From NCBI GenBank assembly GCA_965221905.1, contig OZ244922.1, forward strand, positions 3,264,001-3,328,000: a stretch of 64,000 nt of DNA. The letters run 5' to 3'. A model generated the notes under the pieces. The model made no database searches and was not told where the DNA came from. It worked only from the letters and a program-made list of their open reading frames with translations. The position numbers and the translations under genes are program-made. How positions within the stretch are numbered: the stretch's first letter is position 1; each line of letters starts with the position of its first letter. Source of the DNA: Chloroflexota bacterium (GTDB lineage: Bacteria; Chloroflexota; UBA11872; VXOZ01). Positions 20,448-29,006 of the stretch are shown in pieces.

Positions 20448-20917
20448 AACTTTACACCATCGGCTTTACCAAGAAGACGGCCGCAACGTTCTTTGACCTG
20501 CTCAGGACATCCGGCGCGAATCGCGTGGTGGACGTGCGGCTACACAATACCTCGCAACTGGCGCGTTTTGCGCATGGCGACGACATGCCGTATCTTCTAC
20601 AGAGGGTTTGCCGGATGCAGTATATCCATGCGCCGGACTTGGCGCCCACCAAGGCCCTGCTGGATGGCTACCGCGGTGGCGACATCGACTGGGAAGTCTA
20701 CGAGCGCGACTTTCTGGCGCTGTTGGATCAACGGCGCATCTCTACAGAAGGTATTCGACCCACCGGAGGAAGACGCATCACGAAGAGATTAAAAGCTACC
20801 ATCGCCAACAGTTGCCTCCTGTGCAGCGAGCATGAGCCCGATCACTGCCACCGTCGGTTGGTGGCGGAGTACTTCCAGCGGCACTGGGGCGATGTCGAAA
20901 TCGAGCATCTCACTTGA
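20444..20917 (+). CDS. DUF488 family protein, second subtype
   Basis: KLYTIGFTKK, VDVRLHNTSQL, LCSEHEPDHCHRRLVAEY; probable CTG start overlapping the upstream TGA. Confidence 0.8.
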   Translation: MKLYTIGFTKKTAATFFDLLRTSGANRVVDVRLHNTSQLARFAHGDDMPYLLQRVCRMQYIHAPDLAPTKALLDGYRGGDIDWEVYERDFLALLDQRRISTEGIRPTGGRRITKRLKATIANSCLLCSEHEPDHCHRRLVAEYFQRHWGDVEIEHLT

Positions 20918-20934
20918 GTAAAAGGGTTTAGACT

Positions 20935-21570
20935 CTGTTTGATCTGCTCCATGACCTGGTTGAATGGGTATTGGCCTGGGCGGATTCACCGTTCGGCGGT
21001 TTGGCGCTCTTCGTGCTGTCGGCTGCGGAGTCGATCATCTTTCCGGTGCCGCCGGACCCCTTGCTGATAGCCTTGGGTGTGGGCAAACCGAGCTTTGCCT
21101 TGGTCTTTGCCGCCATCTGTCTCGCCGGTTCGCTCCTGGGCGCCAGCGTCGGCTACGTGATCGGTATGTGGGGCGGGCGCCCGGTGGTGGACCGCCTCTT
21201 CTCGCAGGACAAGATTCAGTTCGTCGAACAGAAATACCAGCGTTACGACGTGTGGGCGATCCTTATTGCCGCGCTCACACCAATACCCTACAAGGTCTTC
21301 ACCATCACGGCCGGCATGTTTCGGTTGCACTTCGGCCGCTTCATGCTGGCGTCGCTGATCGGACGCGGCGCGCGCTTCTTCGCCGTGGGCTTCTTAATCG
21401 CCTTCTTCGGTGAACCGATTGCGGCGTTCATTGATGAATACCTTGACATTCTGTTCATTGTCTTTATGATTCTGCTTGTCGGCGGTTTCTTCGTCATCAA
21501 GCTAATGACGCGTTCGGGGAAGCCGCCGGGGCCGGATGGGACGACGACTACGGAGGAGGCCGCGCCGTAA
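20935..21570 (+). CDS. YqaA/DedA (VTT domain) membrane protein
   Basis: AESIIFPVPPDPLL, TPIPYKVFTITAG, GRGARFF. Start at CTG 20935 or TTG 20971. Confidence 0.85.
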   Translation: MFDLLHDLVEWVLAWADSPFGGLALFVLSAAESIIFPVPPDPLLIALGVGKPSFALVFAAICLAGSLLGASVGYVIGMWGGRPVVDRLFSQDKIQFVEQKYQRYDVWAILIAALTPIPYKVFTITAGMFRLHFGRFMLASLIGRGARFFAVGFLIAFFGEPIAAFIDEYLDILFIVFMILLVGGFFVIKLMTRSGKPPGPDGTTTTEEAAP

Positions 21571-21749
21571 GTGGGTAACTACAGGAGTAAGTCTTTGACG
21601 ATTGGGGCTATGACTGCGGCAAGCGTCGACGGTCTTAGAGCAGAACCGTACAAGGTATGAGAGTGGAGAGTAGGGCTTCAGGCCGTCACTCCAGCGAAAG
21701 CCGGACTCCAGGGGGTGCAGCAAAGGTGGATTCCCGCATGCGCGGGAAT

Positions 21750-22067
21750 TGTAAGTGTCAGGTAATTCGTTGACAGAATGGGAACATGAAACAACAAGAG
21801 ATGATGCCAACGTATCGACTGCCATACACATTAGGTAGTTCTGTCACGAGCAGTATCAGTTCATGCAGCAAAGACGAGCATCGTAGGCAGCACGAGAGTC
21901 GTTACTCCGGCGAAAAGCCTGCCCCGTACTTGATACGGGGCAGGAGTCCAGGGGGTGCGGTGAAGATGGATTCCGGCTTGCGCCGGAATGACGGAGATGA
22001 ACATCTTCAACCTTCCATGGTAATAACTGGATTGACGAATCTGTCAACGAATTAGTCAACACTTACA
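21750..22067. mobile_element. MITE (318 bp) with 28-bp TIRs (IS21-like TGT...ACA ends) and 5-bp TSD GGAAT
   Basis: Left end TGTAAGTGTCAGGTAATTCGTTGACAGA; right end reverse complement TGTAAGTGTTGACTAATTCGTTGACAGA; GGAAT at 21745-21749 and 22068-22072. Confidence 0.8.
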
Positions 22068-22166
22068 GGAATGACGATTTGGGACGCTTTCTACCTTAAT
22101 TGGAAGACGACTCTAAACCCACAGTACTCTATACTCACAGTAGACAAAGAGTACGAGGGTGCGGTC

Positions 22167-22577
22167 ATGCAGAGTTACTATGACATTCTCGGCGTTTCTG
22201 AAGATGCCGAAACCGAAGAGATCGAAACGGCGTTTCGGCGCGCGCTCGCGTGCGCGCAGTCTGAAGCGGTTGAAGCCGAGACCGCTGACGTCGCCGTCCG
22301 CATGCGGACGCTGGCGGAAGCCTATGAAGTTCTTTCCAATCCCGCCTACCGCGCCGCCTATGATCTAAAGCGGGAGCAAAAGGAACCGTTTCCGGTACCG
22401 AAGCCAATCGCGGGGTCCAAGCTCTTTCGCGCGTTGAAGGCAAGCGGCTCCACCCTCGTCAAGGATGTGAAGGAACAGTACGAGAGCGATCCCACCATCA
22501 AGGCAGACTTCGACCGTTCCATCCAGCTTGGGCGCAAAGTCGCCCGTGCCGCGCGCTTCCTCCGGTTCTTACGCTAG
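22167..22577 (+). CDS. J-domain-like protein lacking HPD
   Basis: SYYDILGV...A..EEI..AFRR and EAYEVLSNP..RA.YD. Confidence 0.75.
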   Translation: MQSYYDILGVSEDAETEEIETAFRRALACAQSEAVEAETADVAVRMRTLAEAYEVLSNPAYRAAYDLKREQKEPFPVPKPIAGSKLFRALKASGSTLVKDVKEQYESDPTIKADFDRSIQLGRKVARAARFLRFLR

Positions 22578-22829
22578 GGAAGCGCTACTCTCGCCCCTTG
22601 TCGCCGCGCGATCTTCCCAATTGTCCGCCGCGCTCACTCGGCTCGCGCCGAGGCTACGTAGTCCGCGATTGCATCTACACTAATCACCTTGCCCGAGACG
22701 GTATTCGTCCTAAGCGACAAGAAGCGGGGGACAAGCCCCCGCCCTACGGCTAGCTAATGGGGCGCATCTTGCACAGAGAGGGCTTCTAAGCGAGTCTATC
22801 CGCTCAGTGTCAACAGCCAATAGCGCACA

Positions 22830-22863
22830 CTCTCCTCCGCGCCACTGAGGACGCGGAGGAGAG
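22830..22863 (-). terminator. Hairpin downstream of SBP gene
   Basis: CTCTCCTCCGCG...CGCGGAGGAGAG inverted repeat. Confidence 0.5.
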
Positions 22864-22895
22864 CGGTTAGTCTATAGACAATGCGCCAAATGGGA

Positions 22896-24275
22896 TTACT
22901 TTAGTTCATCCGGGCGCTCGCTCAAGACTGCGTTGGCGGCGTCTGCCGAGGCTTTCATCGCCTCCGGTACCGTCTTTTCGCCGGTGTACATCGGCTCAAG
23001 CTCAGCACTGGCGGCCTTGCGCCACGCGTCCACGTCCGGCGTGATGAAGAAGTCCCGTCCGTGCTGCTGCCACTGCTCTATGATTGGGGAGAAGTCCAGG
23101 TTAGGGAAGTTCTTCTGGAATTCACCGGTGACGCTCGCCAGGCCGGGATAGTTCTGGGTCGTCCAGAGCGTCTGTCCCACTTCACCGGCAAGGACCTTCA
23201 TCACGTTCCAGGCAGGGTCCGGCACTTTGCTCAACCCCATGATCGACCAGGAGTTGCTGTGCACCTCTACCGTCCGCGCCGCGGGGCCGCTGGGAACGGC
23301 GGTCATGCCAAGGTCGTCGCCAATCTTTCCCACCACGTTCACGAGGGGATACATGTGGAAAGAGTCCATCGCGGCAATACCACTGCCCATCACCGAGCCG
23401 CCGCCCCGCGTCCGCAGTTCGCCCTTCTCTTCTCCCCAGGGGACGATCTTGTGCTTGAGGATGAAGTCCACGAATACCTGCGCGCCGCCAATGGCGAGTT
23501 GGTCCTCCCCATACACCACCATATCCCGCGCCTCATTCAAGACCTGGCCGCCATTGTTGAGGATAAAGGTGCCTAGTCCCACGTTTATCCCCGTGTAGCC
23601 GAAGTTGTAGCCCCATTGCTCGGTATCGTCACCCGTGCGTTTGGTGAGCTTGGTCGCATTCGATATGACGTCGTCCCAGGTCCATTCGGGGGTGGGGTGC
23701 TCCATGCCCTCCTTATCGAAGATCGCCTTGTTGTAGAAGAGCAGTTCGCCGCTCACCTGGAACGGCAGCGCATAGAGCTTGTTCTTGAAGAGCCACGACG
23801 CCGTGTCCAGGAACTCCTCGCGCGCTATCTTGTCCCTGGCCATTTGCTCGTCGAGCGACGCAAACGTGCCCCGTGCAGCGCCAACCTGCACCCAGTTGAT
23901 CTGGTTTACGACAATATCGTAGGTTGACTGGCCGCCGGCGAACTCGGTCTGCAGCTTCTCCCACAGGTTGGTGCCCGGCGGGGTGATCACCAACTTGACG
24001 CGCTCACCTTGTAGGACGTCGTTTGAAGCAACTTCCATGTCGCCCAGGGTCTTATTGCGCTCCTCGCCCAAGTTGTAGCAGGCCCATATGACTTCGGTGA
24101 CTTCGGTCGCCTCGGGCGCCGCCTCTTTGGCTTCCGGCTCCTCAGCCGCGGGTGCATCCGCCGGCGCCGCTACCTGCACTGTGCCGCACGCAGCCAAGAA
24201 TACGCTCGCCGTGGCTGCGGTAATACCGAGAAAGCCACGCCTCGTGACAGGCATCATCATATCTTTACGTTTCAT
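22896..24275 (-). CDS. Orphan ABC extracellular solute-binding lipoprotein
   Basis: TRRGFL and AACG; YALP, YNKAIFDKEG, WTWDD. Confidence 0.9.
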   Translation of the reverse strand: MKRKDMMMPVTRRGFLGITAATASVFLAACGTVQVAAPADAPAAEEPEAKEAAPEATEVTEVIWACYNLGEERNKTLGDMEVASNDVLQGERVKLVITPPGTNLWEKLQTEFAGGQSTYDIVVNQINWVQVGAARGTFASLDEQMARDKIAREEFLDTASWLFKNKLYALPFQVSGELLFYNKAIFDKEGMEHPTPEWTWDDVISNATKLTKRTGDDTEQWGYNFGYTGINVGLGTFILNNGGQVLNEARDMVVYGEDQLAIGGAQVFVDFILKHKIVPWGEEKGELRTRGGGSVMGSGIAAMDSFHMYPLVNVVGKIGDDLGMTAVPSGPAARTVEVHSNSWSIMGLSKVPDPAWNVMKVLAGEVGQTLWTTQNYPGLASVTGEFQKNFPNLDFSPIIEQWQQHGRDFFITPDVDAWRKAASAELEPMYTGEKTVPEAMKASADAANAVLSERPDELK

Positions 24276-24583
24276 CGCCTACTCCCTCCACTCAATTGGG
24301 GTAAACCAACACAATACAGTGCGAGTATAGACCCCTCCCTCCCCCGTGTCAAGAGCATTGGAGTAAGCGAAAGCGATATTAGTCGACCTAACACCTGGAC
24401 TCGGTTAATGTTCTCTTGCCATTGTAAGCGCGCTCCTGGTTAGCACGCCGTAGCGGCGAACCAGAGTTCGGGGGGCTTGTCCCACGCTTCTTGGCGCAGA
24501 AAGGAAACACCATCTTGAGCAAGGTGCTTAGCAGCGTGAAAGGCAAACACCCGGTAACACGCGTGGGACAAGCGAAAGAGAGG

Positions 24584-24731
24584 CTAGAAGCTATCTCATA
24601 AATCGGCTCGACAAGCCGACTCGTGCTTCGACCCTTCGTCAGAGCCCGTACTGAGCCTGCCTGTCCTGAGCAAGTCGAAGGGTCGCAGGGCAGGTCTACA
24701 TAGAGCGATGTACTTGTGAGACGAGTTCTAG
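24584..24731. mobile_element. Probable small MITE bounded by CTAG
   Basis: Ends CTAGAAGCTATCTCATAAAT and reverse complement CTAGAACTCGTCTCACAAGT; internal palindromic repeats. Confidence 0.45.
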
Positions 24732-24894
24732 CGCCATTTCCAGGTAGTTTTCACGGGAGACGGCCCACCGCCCGCCTCTGGATTCCGGCCCCGTACTTGA
24801 TACGGGGCCGGCTTTTTGCCGGAATGACGGACAGGCATTGTGGACGACACGTGTATGTCATATTTGAGTGGACAATGTACTAGGGCTCGCAAGG

Positions 24895-25764
24895 CTAAGG
24901 GGTATCGTCGATGCCTTGAGGCTTGCCGTTGCCGTCGCGGATTAAGGCCATGAGGTTCTCGGCAGCTTGCGAGACCGTGACCGGCGTCTTTGCGTCGACG
25001 CCGCGTTGGCGTAGCTCGCCAAACAATTCGCTCAGGATCGGCGGTGAGACATTGACCTCGCGCAGCATCTCATCCTGCTCGAAGAGGTCTTCCACGCAGT
25101 AGCGGCACACGATGCCGCGCTGCCCATCCAACACGTACACGCCGTCCGAAATCGCCGGGATCAGGTCCAGGTGATGCGTTGAGATGATGAGTGTCGTCCC
25201 CCGCTCGCGGTTGAGGGTGTTAAGCAAAGCGATAAGGTCGACGCGGGAGGCCGGGTCGAGACCCTCGAACGGCTCATCCAACACCAGCAAGTCAGGCTGC
25301 ATCACCAACGCGCCCGCCAGAGCCACACGGCGCTTCTCCCCGGCCGAGAGGTAGTGGGGCACTTTGTCCTTGAGGTGCGAAATGCGCAGCGTTTCCATGA
25401 CGGCGTCCGTGAGACGCGCGATCTCCTCCGACGGCAAACCGTAGTTGCGGGGCGAAAACGAGATGTCTTCCCACACCGTCGGGGCCAGAATCTGGTATTC
25501 CACGTTCTGTAGCACAACGCCGATGCGCTGGCGGATTTTGGTAAATTCCGCGCCAGGGTCGTGCCCCAATACCTCCACCGTACCTTCGCTCGGGCGCAGC
25601 ATGCCGAGCAGCAGTAGCAGGAGTGTGCTCTTGCCCGCGCCGTTCGCCCCCACCACCGCCACGCGGTCCCCCGGCCAAATGGCAAGGTCGCACCCCGCCA
25701 GGTCAACCTGCGTGCCGTCGGCATAGGCGTGACGGAGATTGTGAGTCTTGACGTGGGGCTGCAC
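24895..25764 (-). CDS. ECF/cobalt-type ABC ATPase (CbiO/EcfA-like)
   Basis: GANGAGKST, LSAGEKRRVALAG, LLVLDEP; GTG start inferred. Confidence 0.85.
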   Translation of the reverse strand: MQPHVKTHNLRHAYADGTQVDLAGCDLAIWPGDRVAVVGANGAGKSTLLLLLLGMLRPSEGTVEVLGHDPGAEFTKIRQRIGVVLQNVEYQILAPTVWEDISFSPRNYGLPSEEIARLTDAVMETLRISHLKDKVPHYLSAGEKRRVALAGALVMQPDLLVLDEPFEGLDPASRVDLIALLNTLNRERGTTLIISTHHLDLIPAISDGVYVLDGQRGIVCRYCVEDLFEQDEMLREVNVSPPILSELFGELRQRGVDAKTPVTVSQAAENLMALIRDGNGKPQGIDDTP

Positions 25765-26252
25765 GGTGACAATCCTAAAGATACAATCACATTCGCTCTT
25801 GTCATTATAGTACGCGTGGAATGGGTTTGGGAACGCGAAATTGAAAAGCGCGAGATACGGGAGCGCAGCAAAGCAGCGCAATGCCGCTGTTGGGAATTCG
25901 CGCCGTGTGCGGCGGATTGAGCAGTTGGCACAAAGAAGCCGAAATGCTCGAAGCACGCATAGCTTGAGGTCCGGGCATATTCAAGCCAAGAAAGCGCGGA
26001 CCCAAGCGTCTCAATTCACCCAATTGCGATAGATTCTCCCAAAATCCCAAGTGACAAGCCTGGTATTCAGGGCTGCATCTCATACTTCTCTTGGGTTTCC
26101 CAAACACGGGAAAAAGGCCCAAATGCAACTCTAATAAAGCGATGGTCTCGGGCAGAACCACGCTCTTACCCGCGAATTTGACATTCTCTTGTGCAATGCT
26201 GCACAATCCTAATTTAGTGACGTGTTCGCAAGAAAATAAGGAGAAGATGTGG

Positions 26253-27659
26253 ATGAACGCAAGCACCGTATTTAGTGGCATCACCCGCCGCAAGATGCTT
26301 GGTGGCTTTGCCGTCGGGGCCGGGGCCGTGCTCGCCGCAGCGTGCGGTGGCGCGACTACCGAAATGCCTGCCGAAGAAAAGGCTGAGATGGCCGAGCCCA
26401 AGGCCGAGACCGAGGCTCCTGTGGCCGAAGAGGTCTCAATCCTCTATCTCACCTACACGCGGCCGGCCCGCAACGAGGCCGAGCAAGCGCTCTATGCCGC
26501 GTTCGAGGAAGCCAACCCCGGCATCAAGTTGGACCTCAAGATCGTTGATGGTGGCGGCACCGGCGTGCGCCAGAACATTCCGATTCTCTTCGCCGCGGGC
26601 ACACCCGTGGGTCTCTTCGAGAATACCTGGGGCACCTGGCTGCAGTTCGTAGAAGGCGACCTCATCGTCTCCCTTACCCCGTTCATGAATCGTGACGGCG
26701 TCGATCCCTACGCTACCTTCATTGCAGAAGGTGTGGACTTCGTCTCCAACCGGGGAGAGACCTATGGCTTCCCGGCCAGCATGTCGGTCGACACGTGGGC
26801 CTACAACAAGACCCTCTTCGATACTGCGGGTCTGGAGTATCCGCCCACCGATCCGGACGATCCAAGCTGGACGATGGAGCGGTTCATCGACACTGCGGAG
26901 AAGCTCACCATCGGCACCGAGCAGTTCGGCATGGGCCGGGGTTACACCGGTTTCAATACCTTTGGCATTGGTGACGGTACATTCTTCGGCGGTCTGGCAT
27001 GGGATGCCGAGAACCAGAAGGCGACCATGAACAACGAGCACTATCGCCAGGGCCAGAACTTCTGGGCAGACATCATCGACAAATTCCGCGTCATGCCGAC
27101 GTCAGAGGAGCATGGCGCGCTCACCGGCGGTAGGGCCGGTCACTACTTCTACTCCACCGGCGCGTTTGGCATGTCGGTCATGTTCGTGGTGCCGCCGGAA
27201 GCGGCCGACGCTCCGTTCGACTGGGGTATTGGCGCGCTGCCGTACACGGGCGATCCGCCAAACCACTCCGGCCGCCACTACACGCACGCGACTTTCGTGG
27301 GCAACACCGATCACGTCGACCAGACGTGGGAAGTGCTGAAGTGGCTGTTGGACGGCGACAACGGCCTCACCTACCTTGAACTGACGGGTCACGTGGTTAC
27401 CCCGATGCTGCACCTCTTCGATCAGGCAAAAGCGCACTGGGAAGAAAAGCAAGGCGGCAAGGTGGACGCTTCTGCTTTCTTTGCGGAAGCGCAGCACACG
27501 CCGCAATCCGGCCACGGTATGCTGAAGTACTCTAACTTCTACGAGATCAGAGACGTGCTCCAGCCGATCTACAACGAGATCCGCGCCCGCACGACAACAC
27601 CAGAAGAATTCTTGCCCTTTGCCGACACCCACATCAACGAGAATCTCAAGGTCGAGTAG
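26253..27659 (+). CDS. Orphan ABC extracellular solute-binding lipoprotein
   Basis: TRRKML and AACG; FEEANPGIK, YNKTLFDTAG; RBS AAGGAG. Confidence 0.9.
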   Translation: MNASTVFSGITRRKMLGGFAVGAGAVLAAACGGATTEMPAEEKAEMAEPKAETEAPVAEEVSILYLTYTRPARNEAEQALYAAFEEANPGIKLDLKIVDGGGTGVRQNIPILFAAGTPVGLFENTWGTWLQFVEGDLIVSLTPFMNRDGVDPYATFIAEGVDFVSNRGETYGFPASMSVDTWAYNKTLFDTAGLEYPPTDPDDPSWTMERFIDTAEKLTIGTEQFGMGRGYTGFNTFGIGDGTFFGGLAWDAENQKATMNNEHYRQGQNFWADIIDKFRVMPTSEEHGALTGGRAGHYFYSTGAFGMSVMFVVPPEAADAPFDWGIGALPYTGDPPNHSGRHYTHATFVGNTDHVDQTWEVLKWLLDGDNGLTYLELTGHVVTPMLHLFDQAKAHWEEKQGGKVDASAFFAEAQHTPQSGHGMLKYSNFYEIRDVLQPIYNEIRARTTTPEEFLPFADTHINENLKVE

Positions 27660-27716
27660 GAACGGCAACGGCTACCGGACGCTCACTTTCACGAGCGTTT
27701 GTAGGAGTTCGACAAT

Positions 27717-27755
27717 AGAGGAGGGTCACCCAATGGGTGACCCTCCTCTTGTTTA
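27717..27755 (+). terminator. Intrinsic terminator
   Basis: AGAGGAGGGTCACCC-AAT-GGGTGACCCTCCTCT followed by TGTTT. Confidence 0.8.
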
Positions 27756-27872
27756 CCTCAATGCAACTCTTGGTCTTGATATGTCCCTGTGTTCCGCGGC
27801 CTAACTGCCAGCCCCGTCGCGTCGAAGGATTAGCACCTGCGCTGGCCTGCCCGCACTAAGCAAGCCACACCT

Positions 27873-28979
27873 TCAAAACAGCGCCACCTCTTGGGGAATG
27901 GTCCCCAGCCGCTGGAAACCGTCGGCCTTCAGCACGTAAATGTCCTCCACGAGCCAGGAGGATTCCAGGGCGGATACGTTATTCTCCTCAAACGTAATTT
28001 CCGGTTTAACCTCCAGGCTATACGGCAACAAGCTGCCGAGTTGCGGTTCCTCGTGCACCTCCATGCCGACCCCGTGAATCCACCACATGTACTCTTCGAC
28101 ATTCTTGAACTCTGCCCGGCAAGCGGCAAAGACCTCGCGTTTGCTCATACCGGGTCGGATGAAGTTTTCCATGAATATCTGGCGATCGCGGTGTTCTTGC
28201 CAAACGGCATAACTCTCCTTGAGCGGCGTGCCCAGGCAGAAATTAAACTTCTGGTCGGAGAAGTACCCACCGGCCACCGCTGAGTAGTCAACGCGATACA
28301 CCAGACCTTCTTCCACCTCTTCCGGCCCGCGCACGAGCACGGAATCCGGCTGCTTGTACTGGCCCCGGCCCGGCACCATCCAGGATATGGGGGCGGCATA
28401 GACGGGCAGCGCGTCGTGTTTGAGCACCGTTGCGGCCCAGACGTTGTTCAGGTCCCGGAAGGAGATGCCGGCTCGTATCTCCTTCTGCATCTCCCTGTAT
28501 CCTGCCTCGGAGGCGGCCACGGCCTTCTGTATCCAAGCTAGCTCCCGCGGCGTCTTCATACTCCGCACCCGCGCCAAGAGCATGTCCGCAGCCTCGAACT
28601 GCACGTTTGGCAGGAGCTCTCGGAGCTTTGCCAGGTCGCTTATCGCAGCATAGTCCATGTCGAGACCCACCCGCGCCTGCCCAAGTTTTCGCGCCTGTAT
28701 CTCCTCGGCCACGACCTGGAGCCGCGCGTCCCGCGTCTGGTCCGGTCGGAATCGGTCGAGCGGCATGTCGAAATCCGCCATGCGGCTGCCGCCGATCGCA
28801 AACGACTTGTCCGGCGGCGCGATGCACGTCATCCATGCGCCCAGGCCCTGCGGCTCGTTCAGCCACGGCTCTTCCGTGACATCTCCCGCTAAGTAGGCGC
28901 AGTTGCGCATGCCGAGCGTGAGCAACGCGTCCAGGCCCTGCTCTTCCATGAGTCGTGTGATCAAAGGAAAGTCAGCCAT
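27873..28979 (-). CDS. M24 (Xaa-Pro peptidase/creatinase-like) metallopeptidase
   Basis: RSMKTPREL, D..GGYFSD, HGVGMEVHE, VEDIY. Confidence 0.85.
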   Translation of the reverse strand: MADFPLITRLMEEQGLDALLTLGMRNCAYLAGDVTEEPWLNEPQGLGAWMTCIAPPDKSFAIGGSRMADFDMPLDRFRPDQTRDARLQVVAEEIQARKLGQARVGLDMDYAAISDLAKLRELLPNVQFEAADMLLARVRSMKTPRELAWIQKAVAASEAGYREMQKEIRAGISFRDLNNVWAATVLKHDALPVYAAPISWMVPGRGQYKQPDSVLVRGPEEVEEGLVYRVDYSAVAGGYFSDQKFNFCLGTPLKESYAVWQEHRDRQIFMENFIRPGMSKREVFAACRAEFKNVEEYMWWIHGVGMEVHEEPQLGSLLPYSLEVKPEITFEENNVSALESSWLVEDIYVLKADGFQRLGTIPQEVALF

Positions 28980-29006
28980 GTGTTTCTGCTCCGTGTTATG
29001 CCGGCT

